From: Spirochaetales bacterium
GTDB lineage: Bacteria > Spirochaetota > Spirochaetia > Sphaerochaetales > Sphaerochaetaceae
DNA length: 64,000 bases
Assembly: GCA_017478205.1 (NCBI GenBank)
Contig: JAFVDZ010000045.1
Span: forward strand, 1,080-65,079
Direction of reading: 5' to 3'
The notes beneath the pieces were generated by a model. It was not told the origin of the DNA, made no database searches, and saw only the letters and a program-made list of their open reading frames with translations. Shown one piece after another: positions 30,184 to 39,399 of this stretch. Both the position numbers and the translations under genes were made by a program. The first letter of the stretch is position 1, and each line of letters starts with the position of its first letter.

Positions 30184-31188
30184 ATGAAAGTACAACTACT
30201 ATTTCTTTTCCTCTTTATTGCTATCCTGACAGGGTGCTCAAATAAAGTGGAACGCAATATTTTTGCTATGAATACTCATATGAGTATTACCTGCTATGGC
30301 CGTCAGGCAGAAGGAGCCTGTCAGGCTACAATTGAGGAAATAAAGAGACTTGATGATTTACTCTCTATTGGAAAGCTTGATAGTGAAGTCAGTATTCTCA
30401 ATGCATCTGGAAGAGGAGTTCTTTCGGATGATACCAAGACATTGCTTGAGTTCTCTCTTGCTATGTGGGAAAAGACTGACAAGGTATTCGATGTCACTAT
30501 CTATCCCTTGATGGAGAAGTGGGGCTTTATATCAAAGAACTTCAATGTCCCAGATGATGATTCCATTCGTGAAGCATTGGATCTGGTAGGATTGGATAAA
30601 ATTGAATATAACAGCGCTACAGGAGAGATTGTTCTTGCACCTGGCCAGAAACTAGATTTTGGAGGTATTGCCAAAGGCTATACTTCTGATCAGATTGGAA
30701 AAATCTTGTCAAGATATAAGATCAAGGGAGCAATTGTTTCCCTTGGTGGCAATGTCCAAGTATATGGAAAGAAACCAGACCGGAAACCTTGGCGCTGTGG
30801 GATCCAAGATCCATTTGCTCATGAGAGAAACGCTTCTGTCCTGGGAGTTGTAACTGTTGATAATGAAGCTGTGATAACATCTGGAGCATATGAACACTTC
30901 TTTACCGATGAGAGTGGTAGGATATACCACCATATTATAGATACATCCACAGGATATCCTGCAGAAAGTGATCTTGAATCAGTTACGATTGTAAGTAAGA
31001 GTGGAATTCTTGCAGATGTACTCTCAACTTCTTGTTTCATACTTGGCCTTGAGGGCTCAAAAGCTTTGTGGGAGCAATATGATAGATCGTTTGATATGAT
31101 TCTGATGACAAGTGATGGAACTGTGTATATCACAGCTCCTCTTGAGAATCGATTCAAAACAGATCGCAAACTAAGGATTTTGAGATAA
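30184..31188 (+). CDS. apbE: FAD:protein FMN transferase ApbE (lipoprotein)
   Basis: LTGC lipobox, FAMNT, LDFGGIAKGY, VSLGGN, TSGAYE, YHHIIDTSTGYP and ADVLST. Confidence 0.95.
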   Translation: MKVQLLFLFLFIAILTGCSNKVERNIFAMNTHMSITCYGRQAEGACQATIEEIKRLDDLLSIGKLDSEVSILNASGRGVLSDDTKTLLEFSLAMWEKTDKVFDVTIYPLMEKWGFISKNFNVPDDDSIREALDLVGLDKIEYNSATGEIVLAPGQKLDFGGIAKGYTSDQIGKILSRYKIKGAIVSLGGNVQVYGKKPDRKPWRCGIQDPFAHERNASVLGVVTVDNEAVITSGAYEHFFTDESGRIYHHIIDTSTGYPAESDLESVTIVSKSGILADVLSTSCFILGLEGSKALWEQYDRSFDMILMTSDGTVYITAPLENRFKTDRKLRILR

Positions 31189-31257
31189 ACTTAATAGTTA
31201 TTCAGACGTTGTGGATAACTGAAAAATGAAGAGTTAACGACAAACGAAACTACGTGT

Positions 31258-32580
31258 CTATTCTACTTCTAGTATGTTGATGCTCTTCTTTTTCAATAGG
31301 AATGCATATGCACAAGCTGAAACAACGCTGTCAAATGCATTGCCGATTCCAAAGAGGAGCGCAATTCCTATTAGGCTAGGGCGCCAAACTCCATTTAGAT
31401 ATAGAATGAATGCTGTTCCATAATAAATTGTGTTAGTTACGACTGATTCAAACAGCATGTAGTTTGTTTTACCAAGAGCATAGAATTCTGAGTCAAAGAC
31501 ATTCTGGATTGCATATAGTGCATAGAATCCAAGGAGAATCATTACTAGCGTGAAAAGTTTGTCTACATCAGTAAACTGAAGGATTGTGACCATGAAACCT
31601 TTCCAGAAAGGAATAGTGATGACCCATACAAGAGTGATGATAATTGTCAATGCAAGATAACCAAGAGTGTTATTTTTCACTGCTTTTTCATCTGTGCTGA
31701 TTTCTTGTTTGATGAGTTCTCCAAGTTGATTTACTGGAAGTAGGAGCCATCCCCAGATAAAGCTGTTAGCAACCCAATAGGTTCCCTGTTCGTTTACCAT
31801 ATTGACCATCCTACTGATCATAAGAATATAGGCAATATTTCTTATGAAAGATTCAAGGCCAGAAATTCCTCCTATCTTCAAAAAGTCCTTTGCCCAGGTA
31901 AATGAAAGCTTGCTCCTATTGAAGATAGGGTAACCTTCCTTTGCAAGCAGACTCAGAGATACAAGCAGCAAAAGAATGTTGACAATTATATTACTGAATC
32001 CTATTCCATTTACTCCAAGGTTCAGAGATATGTTTAGATTCGAAACGAAGAATGTATCGAAAACAATGTTCAAGACCATTCTTGCAATGGTCAAAGAGTA
32101 TACATATTTCGATTTCCCGAGTGTGATGAGGCAAATCGCAATATAGTTTGCTAGCAGCGAGAATATATTGGCGATACTTTCAATCCTGATGTAGACACTG
32201 GATGCATCAATTATATCTTTACTTGTTGCCATCAAGGACAAAAGTGGATAGGTGAAACAACATATGAGTAATGAGCAAGTAGCATAGACACAGAAGCTGA
32301 TGATCATTCCAGTCTTTATACGATTTGTATACTCTGCCTTGTCTTTTACAACCTTTCCCATGAAGAAGTACAGAGGGAGGATGATTGCTTCGCTCAAGAT
32401 TTCATATATCAGGTTAACCCAGGAGAGCTGCCCTGCGATGGAAAATGACCAAGTTCCAGGTAGCTGACCTAAAAGGAACACTCGTACAGTTGTGTAGATT
32501 GTTGGACATAATCCCAAGATAAGAAGTGAAAAGAAAAGCTTCCAATTCAGATTACTTAGCGATTTTATGATTTTATTCAT
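31258..32580 (-). CDS. MATE-like multidrug efflux membrane protein
   Basis: About 12 hydrophobic segments in two repeats; GISGLESFIRNIAY and YWVANSFIWGWLLLP. Confidence 0.8.
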   Translation of the reverse strand: MNKIIKSLSNLNWKLFFSLLILGLCPTIYTTVRVFLLGQLPGTWSFSIAGQLSWVNLIYEILSEAIILPLYFFMGKVVKDKAEYTNRIKTGMIISFCVYATCSLLICCFTYPLLSLMATSKDIIDASSVYIRIESIANIFSLLANYIAICLITLGKSKYVYSLTIARMVLNIVFDTFFVSNLNISLNLGVNGIGFSNIIVNILLLLVSLSLLAKEGYPIFNRSKLSFTWAKDFLKIGGISGLESFIRNIAYILMISRMVNMVNEQGTYWVANSFIWGWLLLPVNQLGELIKQEISTDEKAVKNNTLGYLALTIIITLVWVITIPFWKGFMVTILQFTDVDKLFTLVMILLGFYALYAIQNVFDSEFYALGKTNYMLFESVVTNTIYYGTAFILYLNGVWRPSLIGIALLFGIGNAFDSVVSACAYAFLLKKKSINILEVE

Positions 32581-32650
32581 ATCCTTAGCCCCACCAAACA
32601 TAAGAATATCAACGACAAGGTAGTCTAGTAAATAAATGAAAATAAAAATC

Positions 32651-32725
32651 TAACTCGGTTTTAACTCGGTTTTAACTCGGTAAATCGAATTAAAATAATT
32701 TTAACTCGATGAACCCGAGTTAAAC
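32651..32725. repeat. Cluster of six TTAACTCG-type motifs in mixed orientation
   Basis: (TAACTCGGTTT)x~3 at 32651-32681, an inverted degenerate copy at 32684-32695, a direct copy at 32699-32710 and an inverted copy at 32716-32725. Confidence 0.8.
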
Positions 32726-32875
32726 TTGCTTGTTAGAAGTATGAGAAAGGGGATGTAGAAACTTTCTTGGAGCACTTAACTCTAGCTGTCATCAGTAGCC
32801 ATGAGAACTCAGCCATCCCAACGACTACTTGATTCTCCTTCCTTTGTGTCAATGTCTGTAGGGTAGAAGAGAACT

Positions 32876-33187
32876 TCAATCTACTGCCCAGCCATCATCG
32901 ATCATGTCCTCAATGGTTTCGTATGCTATATCAAATTCTGTCCCTCTTGGTCCTTTGATCGGATGATATTCCTTGAATGTGAAAAGGAACATCTCCTTGT
33001 CCTGGTCTTCTTCTGGGAAATCCTTTTTGTAGCTCCCAAAATTGAGAAGATGCCAATTCAAGGCATATCTTTCACCTTTATTTCCTATATGTGTGACAAG
33101 TCCAAAGCCCCATGCTGCAAAATGGTTTCGTGTTGCATCAATGAGAGTTTTGCTCCACTCCTGTGTTATTCTATAAATGCTGCTAAT
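32876..33187 (-). pseudogene. 5'-truncated hypothetical gene remnant
   Basis: The 61-aa ORF frame stays open for 104 codons (ISSIYRITQEWSK...DMIDDGWAVD) with no ATG or RBS, up to the ferredoxin terminator. Confidence 0.45.
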
Positions 33188-33250
33188 TTATGTAAAAAAA
33201 AGACCGATACTTGAAATATCGGCCTTATAACAAATTGATGTAGAAATCTA

Positions 33251-33418
33251 TTACTCTTCTACGATTGCACCTGTTGGGCAAGCGCTTGCGCAGGAACCGC
33301 AGCTGAGGCATTCATCAGCGTTGATAGAATAGATATCTCCCTCAGAGATAGCGCCAACTGGGCATTCGCCAGCACATGTTCCACATGCAACACATGAATC
33401 AGTAATTCTATAAGCCAT
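33251..33418 (-). CDS. fdx: Clostridial-type 2[4Fe-4S] ferredoxin
   Basis: MAYRITDSCVACGTCAGECP...CLSCGSCASACP. Promoter TTGACA-17-TATCAT upstream; terminator at about 33195-33225. Confidence 0.95.
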   Translation of the reverse strand: MAYRITDSCVACGTCAGECPVGAISEGDIYSINADECLSCGSCASACPTGAIVEE

Positions 33419-33556
33419 AATATCACTCCTTTGAAATGATTTGGTTGTTTGTTTATACCTAAATGATAGGAATCGCAAGAAAGAATGTCAAGCAGAAATA
33501 GAAAAATTTTTTTATTATTAATTCCTTTATATATAAAGAGATAGCTGAATAAAAAA

Positions 33557-33596
33557 GTTGCATTTTGCTAACTCATCCAAGTTAGTTTTAGCTTAC
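33557..33596. promoter_or_regulatory. Two degenerate GTTAG-N6-CTAAC boxes between fdx and topB
   Basis: GTTGCATTTTGCTAAC (33557-33572) and GTTAGTTTTAGCTTAC (33581-33596). Confidence 0.45.
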
Positions 33597-33652
33597 TTTC
33601 TGCATGGCTTCTCTAGTTCACTGTTTTTTGTATTTCTGCTATCCTCAAATCC

Positions 33653-35902
33653 ATGAAAAAACTAGTAATTGCAGAAAAACCTTCCGTTGGAAGAGAGATA
33701 GCCAAGACCCTTAACTGCCGTGTTAGAGGGGAAGGCTATATAGAGGGTGATGCTTATATCGTCACCTGGGCACTTGGTCATCTTGTTGAGCTTTGTGACC
33801 CAGCTCACTATTCAGAAAGATGGAAAAGATGGTCCATGAAGGAACTTCCAATGATTCCTGAATCTCTGGATCAGCAAGTAATTGAAGAAAGCAGTGAGCA
33901 ATATGCACATATCGAAGAGTTATTGAAAAGAAAGGATATATCCTCTGTTGTAATTGCAACAGATGCAGGAAGAGAAGGTGAGCTAGTTGCTCGCTGGATA
34001 CTTAAACTTGCTGGCTATGAAGGAAAGTGTGAAAGACTTTGGATCAGTAGCCAGACAGAGAAGGCAATCAAGGAAGGATTTGACCATCTGGTTTCCTCAG
34101 CCTGTTATGATGATCTATATTATGCAGCAGAGTGCCGTGCTGCCGCTGACTGGTATGTTGGCATGAATGTCACCAGAGCCCTCACATGTATCCATGATGC
34201 CAAACTCTCTGCAGGACGCGTACAGACGCCAACACTTGCACTCATGACAAGAAGGGAAGATGAGATAGATGCCTTCCTTGGAAAGTTCTACTACACAGCA
34301 AGAGCTGATTTTGGACTGTTTTCAGCCTCCTACTATCCAGAAGAGAACAGTGTAAGATTTACAGATACAGACAAGAAGGAAGAACTATCTGCTTTCAAGG
34401 GAAAGAAGGGCAAGGTAGTTTCATTGACAAGTGAGGAAAGGGAAGAGAAGGCTCCTCTTGCCTACGATCTAACTGAGCTTCAGAGAGATGCCAATATTAT
34501 GCTTGGCTTCTCTGCAAAAGAGACTCTTGATACACTCCAGAAGCTCTACGAAGTTCATAAGATTGTCACATATCCAAGAACTGATTCCCGATATCTCACT
34601 CCTGATATTGTACCAACATTCAAAGAAAGACTTGCTGCTTTGGATGATACTGAATTTGGCCTTGTCTCAAAGGAATATAGGACCAATGGTTTTGAGTATG
34701 AAGAAGCAAGACTTGTTCAGGAAGCCTTGGTAACAGACCACCACGCAATTATCCCAACAGAGCAGAAGGTAAATGTAGCTTCACTATCACCAGATGAATT
34801 GAAACTTTGGAAGTTGATAGCTATGAGATTTTTGGAAGTTCTGTCTCCTGCATATAGATATAAGACTACTACTGCTGTTATCGATGTTGAAGGAAACCTC
34901 TTCAAAACAAGACTCACACTTGCTGTAAAGCAGGGATGGAGGAGTGTATCTGTGGCACTTGGCACACGAAGTGCTGCTGCGATTATTGATGACAGTGAGA
35001 ACAGTTTTGCTCTGCTTAGACTCAAGGAGGGTGATGAAGTCACTGTTGAAGGAATAAAGATAAGAGAGAATGCAACAACTCCACCAGAAAGATATACAGA
35101 TGCAACACTGCTTTCTGCTATGGAACACGCTGGTAGATTTGTAGATGATGCCAAACTCAAGGGACACCTTTCTGGTGGTCTTGGTACTCCTGCAACTCGA
35201 GCTGATATGATCGAGAAGCTTGTTCAGAACCACTATGTAGAGAGAGAAGGAAAATACTTTGTCCCAACACCAAAGGGCAGGGAAGTAGTACGCCTTGCTC
35301 CAGATGTACTTTCATCCCCTGAGCTCACAGGAGAGTGGGAAGCTCGTCTTGATGATATCTCGCGTGGTGTATCGGACCCAGCTCTGTTCATAAAGGATAT
35401 CAAGAGTATGGCAAGGAACCTTGTCCATGAAGTTGAGACTTCTGGCAAAGTCTTTGCACCAGTTTTCAAGGATGCCAAGACATGTCCATATTGCCAAGGC
35501 CTGATGATGAAGGCAGTTGACCAGACAGGAAGTGTCCACTATATCTGTCAGCGCCTTTCATGCTCCTATGAGGAGAAGGAAGTCAAGGTCAGAGTTCAGA
35601 CTGGAGCACTTTCAGAAAAGAAACTTCCTACCCTTACAGCAGATGGAAAGATCAAGATATCACTAAAGAAGCCAGGCGTTAAGGTTCCAAAGGCAATCTA
35701 CGAAACCAAGATCGAAGTTGTGAGAGAAAGCAAGAAGGCAATGAGACGAAGTAGTCTTGATGAGAGAAACGATAGAAGATTCAAAACTCATATGAGAGAT
35801 ACATGGGAAGCTAAGGGTGAATCAACATCATCTGGTGGTACATTCGCTGATTTCCTCAAGCAGAGTCAGGAGAGAGATAAAAAGAGAAGTAAGAGAAAAT
35901 AG
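33653..35902 (+). CDS. topB: DNA topoisomerase III
   Basis: IAEKPSV, ATDAGREGE, SAGRVQTPTL, TYPRTD catalytic Tyr, GLGTPATRA. Confidence 0.93.
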   Translation: MKKLVIAEKPSVGREIAKTLNCRVRGEGYIEGDAYIVTWALGHLVELCDPAHYSERWKRWSMKELPMIPESLDQQVIEESSEQYAHIEELLKRKDISSVVIATDAGREGELVARWILKLAGYEGKCERLWISSQTEKAIKEGFDHLVSSACYDDLYYAAECRAAADWYVGMNVTRALTCIHDAKLSAGRVQTPTLALMTRREDEIDAFLGKFYYTARADFGLFSASYYPEENSVRFTDTDKKEELSAFKGKKGKVVSLTSEEREEKAPLAYDLTELQRDANIMLGFSAKETLDTLQKLYEVHKIVTYPRTDSRYLTPDIVPTFKERLAALDDTEFGLVSKEYRTNGFEYEEARLVQEALVTDHHAIIPTEQKVNVASLSPDELKLWKLIAMRFLEVLSPAYRYKTTTAVIDVEGNLFKTRLTLAVKQGWRSVSVALGTRSAAAIIDDSENSFALLRLKEGDEVTVEGIKIRENATTPPERYTDATLLSAMEHAGRFVDDAKLKGHLSGGLGTPATRADMIEKLVQNHYVEREGKYFVPTPKGREVVRLAPDVLSSPELTGEWEARLDDISRGVSDPALFIKDIKSMARNLVHEVETSGKVFAPVFKDAKTCPYCQGLMMKAVDQTGSVHYICQRLSCSYEEKEVKVRVQTGALSEKKLPTLTADGKIKISLKKPGVKVPKAIYETKIEVVRESKKAMRRSSLDERNDRRFKTHMRDTWEAKGESTSSGGTFADFLKQSQERDKKRSKRK

Positions 35903-35996
35903 TGTTATAATAAAAACATTTTGTTAAAATATAGACATTAATGTTTTTATCTGATACTCTACCACCCGTACTTAAGAATATATTTGGAGAAATAAT

Positions 35997-36908
35997 ATGT
36001 CTGATCATCTATTCAAAGGTGTATATACAGCACTGATAACCCCATTCACTGAATATGGAACAGTCGACTATGCAGCCCTCGAGCGCCTTGTCAACTTTCA
36101 GATCGAAAGTGGAATCGACGGTCTTGTCCCATGTGGAACTACAGGCGAATCCCCATGCCTTTCCCATGAAGAGCATGATAGAGTAATTGCTCAAACAATT
36201 CGTTTTGCAAAGGGTAGAGTTCCTGTAATTGCAGGCACTGGTTCAAATGCGACCAACGAAGCTATCAGACTAAGCCAGCATGCTCAGGATGCAGGTGTCG
36301 ATGCTGTCCTTCTTGTAAACCCTTACTACAACAAGCCAAACCAGCTTGGGCTATATAAGCACTTCAGAGCAGTTGCTGATTCTGTCTCTGTTCCTTGTGT
36401 GCTCTATAACATCAAGGGAAGAACTGGTGTAAACCTTGAGACAGATACACTTCTAAAGCTTGCAAATGATTGCAGCAACATTGTTGCTGTAAAGGAAGCA
36501 AGTGGAAGCCTTGAGCAGATGGAGGATGTAATCAATCGCTGTCACAAGAGCTTCTCTGTTCTCTCAGGTGATGACAATCTGGCACTTGATCTAGTAAAGC
36601 TCGGTGGACATGGTCTCATATCTGTCGCATCCAACCTCTTCCCAAGCCAGATGGTAAAGCTAGTACATTCTGCAATGGATGGAGATATGGAGAGAGCAGA
36701 AAGAATTCAGAACCTCTTTGCTGACTTCTTCAAGACCTGCTTCATTGAGACAAACCCAATTCCAATCAAGACGGCTCTTGCTCACTATGGTCACTGTCAG
36801 GAGATCTTCCGTCTTCCAATGTGCCCACTTGAGAGGCCAGAGCACAGAGTTACACTTATCAAATCAACAGACAAGATTTTTGATGCTATCAAGAGAGGAG
36901 AAATCTAA
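35997..36908 (+). CDS. dapA: 4-hydroxy-tetrahydrodipicolinate synthase
   Basis: GTTGES, PYYNKP, LYNIKGRTG, VAVKEAS and NPIPIK. Confidence 0.97.
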   Translation: MSDHLFKGVYTALITPFTEYGTVDYAALERLVNFQIESGIDGLVPCGTTGESPCLSHEEHDRVIAQTIRFAKGRVPVIAGTGSNATNEAIRLSQHAQDAGVDAVLLVNPYYNKPNQLGLYKHFRAVADSVSVPCVLYNIKGRTGVNLETDTLLKLANDCSNIVAVKEASGSLEQMEDVINRCHKSFSVLSGDDNLALDLVKLGGHGLISVASNLFPSQMVKLVHSAMDGDMERAERIQNLFADFFKTCFIETNPIPIKTALAHYGHCQEIFRLPMCPLERPEHRVTLIKSTDKIFDAIKRGEI

Positions 36909-38140
36909 TGGCAAAGATCAATACCAACTTTTCAAAGCTTGCAGCAGGCTACCTCTTTCCAGAGGTTGCCAGAAGAACTAGGGTATGGCAGGAGAAGAAT
37001 CCTGGCGTAAAAGTCATGAGACTTGGAATTGGAAACACGACTGAAGCACTTCCTCGTGTCCTTGTCGATGCCATGAAGAAGAAACTCGACCTATTGTCTG
37101 ATAGAAATACATATACAGGCTATGGAGATGAGCAGGGTGATATCCCACTCAGACAGGCTTTAAGAGACTTCTATTCAAGAAAGTATGGTGTCGAGCTTGA
37201 GATGGATGAATTCTTCGTCTCTGATGGAGGCAAGAGCGACTCTGCAAACCTTCAGGAGCTCTTCAGCTCAGACAATATTGTTGCAATCCAAGATCCAGCA
37301 TATCCTGTCTATGTGGACTCCAATGTTGTTGGAGGAAGAACTGGAGAGTTCAATCCTAAGACCGGTTGCTATGATGGGTTTGTATACCTTGAGAGCAATG
37401 CAAAGAATGGCTTCATCCCAGAGGTTCCAAAGTGCAAGGTCGATTTGATCTACCTCTGCTCTCCAAATAACCCAACTGGTGCAGTTGCTACAAAGGCACA
37501 GCTCAAGGCTTTTGTCGATTACGCAAGAGAGAACAAGGCAATTATAATCTTCGACGCAGCATACTCTGCATACATCGAAGATCCAGAGCTTCCTAGATCC
37601 ATCTATGAAATAGAGGGCGCTAAGGAGTGTGCAATCGAAGTCAACTCCTTCTCGAAGCTTGCTGGCTTTACTGGTGTCCGCCTTGGCTGGAGTATCGTTC
37701 CTCATGCACTTGTTTGTGAAAACAGTGGTGAGAATGTACTTCACAATATGTGGAATAGAAGACAGTGCACCTTCTTCAATGGTGCATCCAATATCGCTCA
37801 AGCTGGTGGTATTGCAGCCTTGACTGATGAAGGCTACAAGGCTTGCTCGGAGCTTGTCGATTACTACAAAGGCAATGCAAAGATCATCAGGGAAGGACTT
37901 GAATCTCTTGGTCTTGTCTGTGTAGGTGGTAAGGATAGCCCATACATCTGGGCAAAGGGACCTGAGGGAGTTTCCTCTTGGGATTTCTTTGATATGATCC
38001 TGGACCGCTGTCATGTAGTTGTAACTCCTGGTAGTGGCTTTGGCCCTGCAGGAGAGGGGTATGTCAGAGTGTCTGCTTACGGTCACAGAGAGGATGTAGA
38101 GGCTGCTGTAAAGAGTATCAAGGAGAATTTGAAGATATGA
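36908..38140 (+). CDS. dapL: LL-diaminopimelate aminotransferase
   Basis: AGYLFPEV, LGIGN, GYGDEQG, CSPNNPTG, SFSKLAGFTGVRLG and WNRRQCTFFNGAS. Confidence 0.96.
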   Translation: MAKINTNFSKLAAGYLFPEVARRTRVWQEKNPGVKVMRLGIGNTTEALPRVLVDAMKKKLDLLSDRNTYTGYGDEQGDIPLRQALRDFYSRKYGVELEMDEFFVSDGGKSDSANLQELFSSDNIVAIQDPAYPVYVDSNVVGGRTGEFNPKTGCYDGFVYLESNAKNGFIPEVPKCKVDLIYLCSPNNPTGAVATKAQLKAFVDYARENKAIIIFDAAYSAYIEDPELPRSIYEIEGAKECAIEVNSFSKLAGFTGVRLGWSIVPHALVCENSGENVLHNMWNRRQCTFFNGASNIAQAGGIAALTDEGYKACSELVDYYKGNAKIIREGLESLGLVCVGGKDSPYIWAKGPEGVSSWDFFDMILDRCHVVVTPGSGFGPAGEGYVRVSAYGHREDVEAAVKSIKENLKI

Positions 38141-39399
38141 GCGAAAAGAAGTTACCTGTAAGCGATGAAAGAATGCTGTCCCTTGCCAATGAGCTTGGAA
38201 CTCCATTTCATCTCTATGATGAGAAAGCAATACTGGACAATGCAAGAAATTTCCAGAAGTTATTTTCCTGGGCTCCTGAATTTGTGAACTTCTTTGCCAT
38301 CAAGGCTTGTCCTAACCCAAGCATCATCTCACGCCTTGCAAAACTTGGCTTTGGTGGTGATTGCTCATCACTCCCTGAACTCTATATGGCAAAAGCCTGT
38401 GGAATTCCGGGTGAAAAGATAATGTTCACAAGTAACGACACTCCAGATGAGGAGTTTGCTGAAGCATATCGCCTTGGCGCTATTTTAAACCTTGATGATA
38501 TTACCCATATCAAGGCTGTAAAGAGAGCCTGTGGAAAGCTTCCAAAGACTCTCTGCTTCAGATACAACCCAGGCCCAGATAGAACTGGCAATGCGATCAT
38601 CGGAAACCCTGTTGAGGCAAAGTACGGTGTTACAAAGGATCAACTCCTTGACTGCTACCGCATTGCAAAAGAGGAGGGTGTAGAGCACTTTGGTTTGCAT
38701 ACAATGGTTGCATCTAACGAGCTTGAGGGTTCATATATCGTCGAGACTGCTCGTCAGCTCTTTACACTTGTTGTAAAGATTCATAACGAGCTTGGAATTG
38801 ACATCGAGTTCATCGACCTCGGTGGTGGAATCGGTATCCCATATCGTTTAGAGCAGGAGAAAATGGACCTTGAGTTCGTTTCCAACGAAATTCACAAGCT
38901 CTATGATGAGATGATCTCTTCAATTGGATTATCACTTAAGATCACATTCGAGTGTGGCAGAATGGTCACAGGACCTTATGGCTATCTTGTTTCTCGTGTT
39001 CGCCACGTCACTCACAAGTATAAGGACTATGTTGGTCTTGATGCTTGCATGTCCGATCTCATGCGCCCTGCCTTGTATGGTGCCTACCACCATATCACAG
39101 TAGTGGGCAAGGAAGGAAAGGCTCACGACCATAAATATGATGTCACTGGTTCTCTTTGTGAGAACAATGACAAGTTCGCTGTTGATAGGATGCTTCCTGA
39201 AATCGAAAGGGGAGATGTCCTCGTGCTTCATGATACTGGTGCACATGGTTATGCGATGGGCTTTAATTACAATGCAAAGCTCAAGCATGCTGAGTACCTT
39301 TTGCTTGAGAATGGAGATGTAAAGCTCATCAGAAGAGCAGAAACCTATGATGACTATGTCGCAACCTTGAGATTTGAGGGAGCAGAGGTGAAGATTTGA
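38137..39399 (+). CDS. lysA: Diaminopimelate decarboxylase
   Basis: FAIKACPN, EAKYG, DLGGGIG, ECGR and GSLCENND. Confidence 0.95.
   Translation: MSEKKLPVSDERMLSLANELGTPFHLYDEKAILDNARNFQKLFSWAPEFVNFFAIKACPNPSIISRLAKLGFGGDCSSLPELYMAKACGIPGEKIMFTSNDTPDEEFAEAYRLGAILNLDDITHIKAVKRACGKLPKTLCFRYNPGPDRTGNAIIGNPVEAKYGVTKDQLLDCYRIAKEEGVEHFGLHTMVASNELEGSYIVETARQLFTLVVKIHNELGIDIEFIDLGGGIGIPYRLEQEKMDLEFVSNEIHKLYDEMISSIGLSLKITFECGRMVTGPYGYLVSRVRHVTHKYKDYVGLDACMSDLMRPALYGAYHHITVVGKEGKAHDHKYDVTGSLCENNDKFAVDRMLPEIERGDVLVLHDTGAHGYAMGFNYNAKLKHAEYLLLENGDVKLIRRAETYDDYVATLRFEGAEVKI

Noticed and set aside
31210-31218. Perfect DnaA box (TTATCCACA, minus strand)
   Set aside because: A single copy between convergent genes; about one is expected by chance in 64 kb and there is no oriC context.
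35903-35996. Lysine riboswitch upstream of dapA
   Set aside because: The region is under 100 nt, AT-rich and lacks the structure.
37268-38245. 325-aa minus-strand ORF and similar long antisense ORFs (e.g. 21442-22206, 27871-28464)
   Set aside because: They lie opposite well-supported genes and lack protein-like motifs and RBSs.
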